63,250 nucleotides of DNA from a virus. The notes under the pieces are model-generated. The model saw only the letters and a program-made list of their open reading frames with translations. It was not told the DNA's origin and made no database searches. The stretch covers positions 1 through 63,250 of the IMG/VR virus record IMGVR_UViG_3300048905_000034. One strand, 5' to 3'. The position numbers and the translations under genes were made by a program. Positions 8,673 to 15,195 of this stretch are shown here, one piece after another (position 1 is the stretch's first letter; each line of letters opens with the position of its first letter).

Positions 8673-8695
8673 GCAGTTGGTCGGGCAGTTGGTCG
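8673..8695. repeat. two tandem (direct) PAL20 half-sites
   Basis: gcagttggtcg g gcagttggtcg, 12-bp register, 8 bp upstream of the -35 of the leftward promoter. Confidence 0.85.
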
Positions 8696-8809
8696 AGGGT
8701 TTCCGTCATACGGATTCGATCCCAAAAGGAACTTGGATAGCGGGACGGGCAGCGTTACAGGAAGCGAAAAAATCGGGCGTTGCGGGGGGGTGCGGGGCCT
8801 CACCGGAAA

Positions 8810-8826
8810 TCAACCGATTTAGGTTG
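8810..8826. repeat. 17-bp repeat, copy 1 (TCAACCGATTTAGGTTG)
   Basis: Internal dyad CAACC-N6-GGTTG; an identical copy lies at 8889-8905. Confidence 0.85.
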
Positions 8827-8888
8827 CGATTAACCCGCATAACCTACACACCCGATACCGTCCGTATCGCATACCCAGTATGTACCTG

Positions 8889-8905
8889 TCAACCGATTTA
8901 GGTTG
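8889..8905. repeat. 17-bp repeat, copy 2 (TCAACCGATTTAGGTTG)
   Basis: Identical to 8810-8826; followed by a further GATTTAGG. Confidence 0.85.
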
Positions 8906-9017
8906 ATTTAGGGCCACTTTTATAACGATATGGTAACGAAACCCTTCCTAACTCTTGACATTCCTACCCGCACACTGTGTTCTGACTCTGCGGGCAATTC
9001 CTGCCCAGCAACCGGCG

Positions 9018-9037
9018 GCAGTTGGGCGACCAACTGC
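9018..9037. repeat. PAL20 copy, G-variant
   Basis: gcagttgggcgaccaactgc; 19 nt upstream of GTG 9057. Confidence 0.9.
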
Positions 9038-9056
9038 CAGAGCACAGGAGAACAAA

Positions 9057-9839
9057 GTGGCTACCAACACCAGCACCAGCAACACCAGCACAACCGCCGT
9101 AGTCGTACCCGCAAGCGCGGAAGCGGCACTGATCGAATCGAACGCGCTGGAAGCGCTCAAGCAGGCATACAAGCACCAGCAGGCGGAATTGACCCAGCAC
9201 GAGGACATCCGCAAGCAGGCGGAAGCGGCGAAGCAGACAGCCGCCGTGTGGATGGCGCGTATCGCCCACAGGGTAGCGACTCACCCGGCAGTTGCCACCA
9301 GTCGTTACCCGTACAACATCACGGGCGCGGCGAAGGCTTTGGATGTGCCTATCTCCACGTTCCGCCCGTATGCCCTTGCGGGTGAGGTGTTGGGGCGGAA
9401 GGATCGCGCCGGACTCCTGTCTGTTCCCGCGCTGGAAGACATCACCATTGTTGAAAAGTCTTTCGACGCAACGACTCGTGCGGAGCAGAAGGCTAAGCGC
9501 GTGAAGGCGGCCGCAAAGCAGGCACAGTTGGAAGCGAAGGCGAAGGAACTGGAAGCGCTGAAGGCGAAGCAGGGCGGCACTCCTGCCGCTCCTGCGGGTA
9601 CTCCTGCCGCTCCTGCTGGCGCTCCTGCCACTGCGGGTACTCCTGCCACTGCTGGCGCTCCTGCTGGCGCTCCTGCCGCTCCTGCCGGACCGTCCGTAAC
9701 GGATGACATCCTGCGGACCGCGCGGGAACTGGTGAAGATGTCGAAAGCACAGCGCGCTAACGACAAGCAGGCATGGGCGAAGACGCACGGCGAACTGGTG
9801 AAGGTGCTTGTCGAACTGTTCCCCGGGCTGAAGGTCTAG
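9057..9839 (+). CDS. first rightward gene: HTH-containing protein with coiled-coil and Pro/Ala tandem repeats, 260 aa
   Basis: GTG 9057 after AGGAGAACAAA; N-terminus VATN encoded by ggctaccaac; YNITGAAKALDVPISTFRPY is HTH-like. Confidence 0.65.
   Translation: MATNTSTSNTSTTAVVVPASAEAALIESNALEALKQAYKHQQAELTQHEDIRKQAEAAKQTAAVWMARIAHRVATHPAVATSRYPYNITGAAKALDVPISTFRPYALAGEVLGRKDRAGLLSVPALEDITIVEKSFDATTRAEQKAKRVKAAAKQAQLEAKAKELEALKAKQGGTPAAPAGTPAAPAGAPATAGTPATAGAPAGAPAAPAGPSVTDDILRTARELVKMSKAQRANDKQAWAKTHGELVKVLVELFPGLKV
9577..9688 (+). repeat. in-frame tandem repeats encoding (GTPAAPA / GAPATA)n
   Basis: Reiterated actcctgccgctcctgc / gctcctgccactgc units read directly. Confidence 0.8.
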
Positions 9840-9849
9840 CACCTAGCGA

Positions 9850-9881
9850 CTAGGCCCCAGCCCGGAAGGGTTGGGGCCTAG
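9850..9881 (+). terminator. hairpin after gene 9057..9839 (no T-tract)
   Basis: ctaggcccca - 12-nt loop - tggggcctag. Confidence 0.45.
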
Positions 9882-9903
9882 TCCCATGCCTGCCGTCCGG
9901 TCC

Positions 9904-9923
9904 GCCGTTGGTCGACCAACTCC
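9904..9923. repeat. PAL20 copy (2 mismatches)
   Basis: gccgttggtcgaccaactcc in the 9840-10215 non-coding gap. Confidence 0.7.
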
Positions 9924-9989
9924 CCCCCTCCCCCCTCCCCCCTGTCCCCCGTGTCCCCTGCACCCGTGTCCGTACCCGTTGGCGCTGGT

Positions 9990-10009
9990 GCAGTTGGTCG
10001 ACCGTTCGC
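9990..10009. repeat. PAL20 copy with a degenerate right arm
   Basis: gcagttggtcgaccgttcgc. Confidence 0.6.
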
Positions 10010-10022
10010 CGATTCGGCGTTC

Positions 10023-10096
10023 GTCGTCACGGAATTTCCGTCATAAAAAATGCCCGTTCCGTCATTGAATATCCGTCACTGAAAGGTCCCCGTCAT
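10023..10096 (+). repeat. iteron-like direct repeats of (T)CCGTCA(T/C)
   Basis: gtcgtcac 10023, ttccgtcat 10036, ttccgtcat 10057, atccgtcac 10071, ccccgtcat 10088; A-tract at 10045-10050. Confidence 0.65.
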
Positions 10097-10215
10097 GGCA
10101 CGTACTCCCAAGCCCCTACTGTCCGCCACCTTCACCGCATGGGTTGCTTCCCTTCCCGTAGGCACACGTCCTACGCGCTGAATGTCCGCCACTGAATCCG
10201 TCCCGAAAGGTCGCC

Positions 10216-10398
10216 ATGTCCGATACCCAGCCCACCACCGCCCCTACCTGCATGTATTGCGGGCGTGCCATTGAACAGGTCCCCGACATCTGGGTACCGG
10301 ACCGCTTCAACTGGGTCCATTCCGTCACCGGATACGGCGACTGCGGCGACAAGGGCGAACATGCGGATACGTCCGCATGGCCCACGAAAGGGGAGTAG
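10216..10398 (+). CDS. hypothetical Cys-containing protein, 60 aa
   Basis: Track ORF; RBS GAAAGG; CMYCGR...DCGD. Confidence 0.55.
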   Translation: MSDTQPTTAPTCMYCGRAIEQVPDIWVPDRFNWVHSVTGYGDCGDKGEHADTSAWPTKGE

Positions 10399-10415
10399 TC
10401 CGTCTTGTCATGGAC

Positions 10416-10445
10416 TTGACACGTCTTGTCAAATCATGATACGCT
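10416..10445 (+). promoter_or_regulatory. SigA-type promoter
   Basis: TTGACA - 18 nt - TACGCT (TANNNT); ATGCCCT box 19 nt further, then PAL20. Confidence 0.55.
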
Positions 10446-10482
10446 TGTGTCTTGCCGGTTCACCATGCCCTGAACCGGATCG

Positions 10483-10502
10483 GCGGTTGGTCGACCAACC
10501 GC
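10483..10502. repeat. PAL20 copy with a compensatory arm change
   Basis: gcggttggtcgaccaaccgc: A>G at position 3 and T>C at position 18 keep a perfect palindrome. Confidence 0.85.
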
Positions 10503-10513
10503 CAGCATCACCC

Positions 10514-10524
10514 GGCTACCAACC
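10514..10524 (+). repeat. GGCTACCAACC leader motif
   Basis: ggctaccaaccgaaagaag then ATG 10539. Confidence 0.8.
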
Positions 10525-10538
10525 GAAAGAAGTCCGTC

Positions 10539-10994
10539 ATGAAATCCTTCAGCACGCCCACCGTCCCCACCGTCGCAACACTCACAGCGGCCACCATCGG
10601 CCTCGCTATCGGATGGGCCATCATCGGCCCCACCCCGGACCCACGTACGGACCCACGTACCCCTGCCCCCACGGCCACCAGCGACTCCGCACCGCAGGAG
10701 GATGACCCCGGCTGGGACTGTGCCACCATGGGGAACCGCATCTGCGCTGATCCCGCCCATGTCCACGCCGCCGACGCATGGAAGGCATGGGACACGGCAG
10801 GGGGATGGCGCTACCTGAAGGCCGACCCCAACGTGGAGAACCGCGTGGACTACATCGGCACGGCCATACTCCCACCCAACGTGGACGAATCCCGTGGGTA
10901 CGGCGCTATCCCGTCACGTGATGGGTGGTACGTGTTCCGCGCTGTACCTGTCGACCTTGCCTACGTCACAACGTCCGCCATCGCAGGGAAGTAG
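10539..10994 (+). CDS. secreted/membrane protein, 151 aa
   Basis: Internal ATG of the track ORF 10452; N-terminal hydrophobic segment TVATLTAATIGLAIGWAIIG. Confidence 0.65.
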   Translation: MKSFSTPTVPTVATLTAATIGLAIGWAIIGPTPDPRTDPRTPAPTATSDSAPQEDDPGWDCATMGNRICADPAHVHAADAWKAWDTAGGWRYLKADPNVENRVDYIGTAILPPNVDESRGYGAIPSRDGWYVFRAVPVDLAYVTTSAIAGK

Positions 10995-11002
10995 GGAACG
11001 TC

Positions 11003-11206
11003 ATGCAGTGGATCGAAGCTACCCCGGCATATGGCCGCGACTACACCAACCAGAAGGCGGTACTCGCCGACTGGATGGCGGACAAGGACTTCGTGGAAAC
11101 CACCACGCGGTCCTATGTGAACCGCTCGCAGGCGCAACGGATGGGCCTGTCGGTCATCATCCGATACGACAAGAACCGCAAGGTCATGGACGTCTCCAAG
11201 AAGTAA
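11003..11206 (+). CDS. hypothetical protein, 67 aa
   Basis: ATG 11003 after GGGAAGTAGGGAAC; MQWIEATPAYGRDY... Confidence 0.6.
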   Translation: MQWIEATPAYGRDYTNQKAVLADWMADKDFVETTTRSYVNRSQAQRMGLSVIIRYDKNRKVMDVSKK

Positions 11207-11208
11207 CC

Positions 11209-11219
11209 GGCTACCAACC
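11209..11219 (+). repeat. GGCTACCAACC motif
   Basis: 3 nt after stop 11206, 8 nt before PAL20. Confidence 0.8.
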
Positions 11220-11227
11220 CACGGCCA

Positions 11228-11247
11228 GCAGTTGGGCGACCAACTGC
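11228..11247. repeat. PAL20 copy, G-variant, helix extended to 26 bp
   Basis: ccagcagttgggcgaccaactgctgg (11225-11250). Confidence 0.9.
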
Positions 11248-11268
11248 TGGCCACCGAAAGGAACCATC

Positions 11269-11604
11269 ATGAAAGACCTGCCCACCTCCACCACCGACCA
11301 GCCCCGTATCTCGCTGGAAGAGAAGGAGCGGATACTCGAAGCGCTGTCCATTGCGGTGGAACTCACGCCGCTGAACGCACCCGTCCTGATCGCCACCGCC
11401 TACATGGAAGGCGTGCCCATCGCCGCGCTGGCGAAGTGGTTCCGGGTTCCCCGCACCTTCATGCTGGACTTCGTGAACGTCCAGCTGATCGGCCATGCGG
11501 AGGTCACGCGCCTCACTAGGGCGACACGTGCCAAGGCATCGGCGATGAAGCGCGAAGAGGCCATGCGACAGCACCCGTCCAACGGCACCCGTCCCACCGA
11601 ATAA
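11269..11604 (+). CDS. hypothetical HTH-like protein, 111 aa
   Basis: ATG after GAAAGGAAC; MEGVPIAALAKWFRVPRTFMLDFV resembles a sigma-region-4-type HTH. Confidence 0.55.
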   Translation: MKDLPTSTTDQPRISLEEKERILEALSIAVELTPLNAPVLIATAYMEGVPIAALAKWFRVPRTFMLDFVNVQLIGHAEVTRLTRATRAKASAMKREEAMRQHPSNGTRPTE

Positions 11605-11617
11605 CCCACCCCGGCTG

Positions 11618-11637
11618 GCAGTTGGGCGACCAACTGC
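11618..11637. repeat. PAL20 copy, G-variant, helix extended to 28 bp
   Basis: gctggcagttgggcgaccaactgccagc (11614-11641). Confidence 0.9.
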
Positions 11638-11662
11638 CAGCCACCACCCCGAAGGAATCATC

Positions 11663-11857
11663 ATGGCTACCAACCGAACCCCCAAGCCCGCCACCCCCAA
11701 GCCCGCCGACCTGCCCCTGCCCGTCGTACCCGGCGACGCATGGGTCACGGCCCTGACCCAGCCCGCACCGCCTGAGCGCTTCCTCTGGTGCGACGAGTGC
11801 CACTACTGGCACGCCGAGGTCAACGAGTGCGCCTACACCAGCCGGGTAGGTCTGTGA
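11663..11857 (+). CDS. hypothetical protein, 64 aa (MATN N-terminus)
   Basis: RBS GAAGGAA; the start overlaps ggctaccaacc (11665-11675). Confidence 0.65.
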   Translation: MATNRTPKPATPKPADLPLPVVPGDAWVTALTQPAPPERFLWCDECHYWHAEVNECAYTSRVGL

Positions 11858-12072
11858 TGCCGCGCATGAAGGATTGCCCCGAGTGCAAGGCCAACTACAT
11901 CGCCCCGGAGGACTGGGACTACGCCAACGACGGCGCGTATCCCACCTCCACCAAGCGCGAGGAGAAGCGCGAGCACACGTACTGCGGCATGCGCCTCATG
12001 TCAGGAGGCGACTGGAAGAACCTCATTCTCACCCGGCGCGGTGGCGCGCTCATTCACAACGGAGGCAAGTGA
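11857..12072 (+). CDS. small Cys protein ending in LIHNGGK, 71 aa
   Basis: ATG overlaps the upstream stop (GTGATG); CPEC motif; 3' junction cassette at 12049-12074. Confidence 0.6.
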   Translation: MPRMKDCPECKANYIAPEDWDYANDGAYPTSTKREEKREHTYCGMRLMSGGDWKNLILTRRGGALIHNGGK

Positions 12073-12332
12073 TGGCAACGTATCCGGCGGGCACCAGCAT
12101 CGGCGAAATCACCCACTTCGACCGGGGCACCAAGGTCTGGTTCGGGTGCAAGGAGCACCCGCAGTACGAGTACATGTCCAAGCAACCGAGCGCATCGCAG
12201 TGGTTCCCCGCCAATGAGGCTGCGAAGGCGCTGCAGTGGGGTGCGGTGGACGAGTGCGCCCACAAGTACCCGAGCAGTGACGTGTGGGTCACCACCCGTG
12301 AGTACGACGACGGGCGGGAGACAGCCAAGTGA
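12072..12332 (+). CDS. hypothetical protein, 86 aa
   Basis: ATG overlaps the stop (TGATG), using the GGAGG inside the cassette. Confidence 0.6.
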   Translation: MATYPAGTSIGEITHFDRGTKVWFGCKEHPQYEYMSKQPSASQWFPANEAAKALQWGAVDECAHKYPSSDVWVTTREYDDGRETAK

Positions 12333-12445
12333 TTCTCTTCCACGAGGGCCGTCACTGGAAAGTCACCGGCAGCACATGGGTGCTGCTCACCAACCAAACC
12401 ACCACCGACCAGTTGGTCGACCAACTGCGGGAAGCAGGGGAATGA
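12329..12445 (+). CDS. hypothetical protein, 38 aa
   Basis: GTG overlaps the stop (GTGA); reads PAL20 as QLVDQL. Confidence 0.4.
   Translation: MILFHEGRHWKVTGSTWVLLTNQTTTDQLVDQLREAGE
12409..12428. repeat. PAL20 copy (1 mismatch)
   Basis: ccagttggtcgaccaactgc; 19 nt before ATG 12447. Confidence 0.85.
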
Positions 12446-12446
12446 T

Positions 12447-12731
12447 ATGTCCGTCTCACTCATCAAGGCCAAGGCCATAGCCCGTACCCCGGAGGCATAC
12501 AGCACCGAGGAACTGGACGACGCGCTGACCCGCATCGTCGAGGATGACCGCCTCTCGGAGGCGCAGGTCACCCGCATGCAGGCGAGGATCGACCCGGTCC
12601 TGCGTGCCCGTATCGCCCAGCGCCAGTCACGCATAGCATCAGCCGTAGTGTGGCCGGACATTCCCCGGTCACCCGCAGTTGGGCGACCAACTGCCGAGTC
12701 ATGCGAACAGAGGATACCCAGTGACCATTGA
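12447..12731 (+). CDS. hypothetical protein, 94 aa
   Basis: Track ORF; RBS GGGGAA; its 3' end reads PAL20 as AVGRPTA. Confidence 0.6.
   Translation: MSVSLIKAKAIARTPEAYSTEELDDALTRIVEDDRLSEAQVTRMQARIDPVLRARIAQRQSRIASAVVWPDIPRSPAVGRPTAESCEQRIPSDH
12675..12694. repeat. PAL20 copy, G-variant
   Basis: gcagttgggcgaccaactgc; 27 nt before GTG 12721. Confidence 0.9.
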
Positions 12732-12903
12732 ATACGGCGCACGCCTTCCCCGTTCCGGCGTCGTCTACATGAAAAGCGCAGACCTCCCCGTCGTGCAGGT
12801 GTGGCTGGAGGAGTTCTCCAGCGTCACCCCACTAGAGCTAGTGGTGCGGGAATGTTCGGAACTGAGTAAGGGTCACTGGGTCGCCGTCGCCACGGCCCCA
12901 TAA
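12721..12903 (+). CDS. hypothetical protein, 60 aa
   Basis: GTG after AGAGGA; in frame with the track ORF 12679. Confidence 0.5.
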   Translation: MTIEYGARLPRSGVVYMKSADLPVVQVWLEEFSSVTPLELVVRECSELSKGHWVAVATAP

Positions 12904-12907
12904 AGCC

Positions 12908-12953
12908 GGGTGCAGGTGAGGTCTTTCGGTTGGTAGCCCCCTCGCCTGCACCC
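12908..12953 (+). terminator. terminator-like hairpin with the conserved loop TTTCGGTTGGTAGCC
   Basis: 14-bp stem gggtgcaggtgagg / cctcgcctgcaccc (one G-U), 18-nt loop, then cttcacgttt. Confidence 0.65.
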
Positions 12954-12963
12954 CTTCACGTTT

Positions 12964-12989
12964 GGCTACCAACCACCCGGCTACCAACC
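12964..12989 (+). repeat. two tandem GGCTACCAACC motifs
   Basis: 12964-12974 and 12979-12989; exact complement of the hairpin loop at 12928-12938; followed by GAAGGAG and ATG 13004. Confidence 0.85.
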
Positions 12990-13003
12990 CGAAGGAGCAC
13001 ATC

Positions 13004-13330
13004 ATGGAATGGAACGAACAACTGGCCAAGGCCAAGGCCAACGGCAGGGAGTACGCGGACAACGGCATTGCCGGTGGCGAGAAGTCACCCGCCGAGTCGC
13101 CGCTGTCAGGGGAATGGGCGGGTGCGCTCACCCCACGGGACGTGGTCAACATGGCCGCTGGCGATGGCGCGTACGACAACGCGCAGGAGTTCGAGGTCAC
13201 GGACCTGTGCGACGCATGGGAGGACGGCTACCTGTCCGCGTCATGGCCCGAGCCTGCGGGTGAGGTGTGCGAGCACGGCATGTCCGCTTCGCTGTGCGGC
13301 GGACCGATGCACTGGTACGACCATGGCTGA
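13004..13330 (+). CDS. hypothetical acidic protein, 108 aa
   Basis: ATG 13004, RBS GAAGGAG 7 nt upstream. Confidence 0.65.
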   Translation: MEWNEQLAKAKANGREYADNGIAGGEKSPAESPLSGEWAGALTPRDVVNMAAGDGAYDNAQEFEVTDLCDAWEDGYLSASWPEPAGEVCEHGMSASLCGGPMHWYDHG

Positions 13331-13553
13331 GCAGGATACCCCGGTGCCCATGATGTCTACGGGCGTGCCCAGCACCCTCGGCAACTGGCATGCGATGTGC
13401 TTGGCCACGTTCGGCGATGGCTCAGCGGCCACGGCATTCATCAAGGCGAAGCTCGACGAGCAGGGCGCGGACATGGCCGTGCTCTCGGACGAGGGGCAGT
13501 TGCTCTACGCCCTCATGGTCATGCACTTCAACGGTGCGGAAGGTGGTTGCTGA
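13323..13553 (+). CDS. hypothetical protein, 76 aa
   Basis: ATG 13323 overlaps the end of the previous gene; in frame with the track ORF 12930. Confidence 0.55.
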   Translation: MAEQDTPVPMMSTGVPSTLGNWHAMCLATFGDGSAATAFIKAKLDEQGADMAVLSDEGQLLYALMVMHFNGAEGGC

Positions 13554-13565
13554 CTTCCCATCGAC

Positions 13566-13595
13566 TTGACAAGAGTGGTCAAGTCGTGATAGAAT
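13566..13595 (+). promoter_or_regulatory. SigA-type promoter
   Basis: TTGACA - 18 nt - TAGAAT; ATGCCCT box at 13614, PAL20 at 13631. Confidence 0.7.
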
Positions 13596-13630
13596 TAGAG
13601 TAGCGGGGGAAGTATGCCCTCGTACGGCCA

Positions 13631-13650
13631 GCAGTTGGGCGACCAACTGC
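13631..13650. repeat. PAL20 copy, G-variant, helix extended to 28 bp
   Basis: gccagcagttgggcgaccaactgctggc (13627-13654). Confidence 0.9.
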
Positions 13651-13657
13651 TGGCACC

Positions 13658-13668
13658 GGCTACCAACC
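13658..13668 (+). repeat. GGCTACCAACC motif
   Basis: ggctaccaaccgaataggaaac then ATG 13686. Confidence 0.8.
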
Positions 13669-13685
13669 GAATAGGAAACATCATC

Positions 13686-13928
13686 ATGGCTACCACCACC
13701 GGCCCCCTCACCGACCGTGAAATCCAGATGGCCCTGACCATCGACGACATCGAAACCCGGCGTGCCAGCATGCACCGTATGCTCACCAGTAACCGGTGGC
13801 TGCTTGCCACTGCGCTGGACGCCATCCGCAACGGCGACAGCCACGTGGCGGACGAATACGTCGACCGTTTCCTCACGCATCTTGATGCGGAAATCACCCA
13901 CCAGACCACCACCAAACCGACGGCTTGA
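13686..13928 (+). CDS. hypothetical protein, 80 aa (alternative start 13614)
   Basis: ATG 13686 after AGGAAAC; the in-frame upstream ATG 13614 would translate PAL20. Confidence 0.6.
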   Translation: MATTTGPLTDREIQMALTIDDIETRRASMHRMLTSNRWLLATALDAIRNGDSHVADEYVDRFLTHLDAEITHQTTTKPTA

Positions 13929-13931
13929 ACC

Positions 13932-14090
13932 ATGCGTACGCAACCCACCAGCGATGAATGCCCCTCACCCACCACCCGCATTGACCCTCACTGGCCGATG
14001 GGACCGGAGGTTATCGACCTCTTTGCCATCATCAGGGCGGAGGTCGCGGCCACTCTCGCGGCCATGGGAGGGCGTGATGAACGACGATGA
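13932..14090 (+). CDS. hypothetical protein, 52 aa
   Basis: ATG 13932; overlaps the next gene by 14 nt. Confidence 0.4.
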   Translation: MRTQPTSDECPSPTTRIDPHWPMGPEVIDLFAIIRAEVAATLAAMGGRDERR

Positions 14091-14307
14091 ACTGTTCTCC
14101 TCGGCTCACCACCGCGAGAAGGTGCAATGCACCATCTGCGGGAGGGCCGGGTACCCGGGTGGCTCATGGCAGGTTGCCTGCCGACGGGGCCACCCATGGG
14201 CATGCTCCTGCGGGCGCAGGTTCAACGGTCTTGCGAGCCTAGCCGGGCATCTTCGGCATGCCGGGCAGGATCACTTCACAGCTTCACGGCCCACCACGGG
14301 CCGATGA
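14077..14307 (+). CDS. zinc-finger protein (C2H2-like), 76 aa
   Basis: RBS GGGAGGG; CTICG...CSCGRRFNGLASLAGHLRH. Confidence 0.55.
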   Translation: MNDDELFSSAHHREKVQCTICGRAGYPGGSWQVACRRGHPWACSCGRRFNGLASLAGHLRHAGQDHFTASRPTTGR

Positions 14308-14310
14308 TCG

Positions 14311-14330
14311 GCAGTTGGGCGACCAACTGC
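14311..14330. repeat. PAL20 copy, G-variant
   Basis: Starts 3 nt after stop 14307. Confidence 0.9.
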
Positions 14331-14363
14331 AACCACCACCAAATTGAATAGGAGTTATCCGTA

Positions 14364-14756
14364 ATGATTGCTGCGACTTTCCACGGAACTAATCACTACA
14401 TACCGAATTACGATGAATCAAGCATCGAGGTATTCGAGAATATCGGGCATGCAATTTCCGCATTGTTCGCCCGCTATGAATCCCACGGTGAGGGAAACCT
14501 TGAAGCCCGCTACCTGAACGGTGGCAAGTGGCGCAGGCCCTTCCATGTGGAACTGGGCGACAGCTTCGAGTGCTACGTGATCCCCGACGACTTCGCCGCA
14601 CTGCCCGGGGACGACGCCATCACCCTCGAAGCGATGACCGCCGTGCATGCAGGGCTGTGGTCATACAAGCTCAGGCTCATGCGCCCATGGAATTTCCCCG
14701 GGGACACCCCCGATTCCAGTGTCGCCGTCGCTGTGGAGAAGCGGGTGGCACTGTGA
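14364..14756 (+). CDS. hypothetical protein, 130 aa
   Basis: Track ORF; RBS TAGGAG. Confidence 0.65.
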   Translation: MIAATFHGTNHYIPNYDESSIEVFENIGHAISALFARYESHGEGNLEARYLNGGKWRRPFHVELGDSFECYVIPDDFAALPGDDAITLEAMTAVHAGLWSYKLRLMRPWNFPGDTPDSSVAVAVEKRVAL

Positions 14757-15112
14757 ACCCGGCACTCAACGTCGCCTGCCCCACCTGCCATGTACGTGCA
14801 GGGGAGCCATGCACCCGGCCAACGGACACCACCCGCGTCGGCGTGGGGTACGTCCACCTCTCCCGGGAATCCCTCGGCAAGTACGGGATGCAGGACTTCA
14901 TGCTCACCTTCGGCCTCCAGTATGCGGAGGAAGAGCACCCGCGCTGGCCGGAGTGCAACCCGAAGGGCTGGGTGCGGATCACGGCCACGGACTATGAGGC
15001 TGCGCGGGCCATGGCCGTTGAGCGGTTCGGTCTGGACTGGTCTGTCCTCACCCCGTATTGGCGTTTCCAGTCACGGTACTTCCCTGCCGGGGAACTCATG
15101 GTGCTGCCATGA
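14753..15112 (+). CDS. hypothetical protein with an N-terminal CxxC...C motif, 119 aa
   Basis: GTG overlaps the stop (GTGA). Confidence 0.55.
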   Translation: MNPALNVACPTCHVRAGEPCTRPTDTTRVGVGYVHLSRESLGKYGMQDFMLTFGLQYAEEEHPRWPECNPKGWVRITATDYEAARAMAVERFGLDWSVLTPYWRFQSRYFPAGELMVLP

Positions 15113-15195
15113 AGCTGCGGTTGCTGTTCGCCGTCGCTATGGTGGGGTCCTTCCTCATGGGCTGGGCACTGGCCGACCTCACCCGCATGCCATGA
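15109..15195 (+). CDS. small membrane protein, 28 aa
   Basis: MKLRLLFAVAMVGSFLMGWALADLTRMP; ATGA overlaps at both ends. Confidence 0.45.
   Translation: MKLRLLFAVAMVGSFLMGWALADLTRMP

Noticed and set aside
8701-8730. A tRNA-like T-loop sequence, GGATTCGATCC
   Set aside because: No complementary T-stem, acceptor stem or anticodon arm can be drawn around it.
8955-8984. A perfect TTGACA at 8955 as the rightward early promoter
   Set aside because: No acceptable -10 (TANNNT) lies 16-18 bp downstream. I left it unannotated; the true early promoter needs start-site data.
13614-13685. The upstream ATGs at 13614 and 22613 (both giving MPS...) as the true starts of leader-extended proteins
   Set aside because: The two would translate the palindrome in different frames (QLGDQL versus SWSTNC), and the third box (10465) is a 2-codon ORF. 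The conservation is at nucleotide level, so the downstream RBS-supported starts are preferred.
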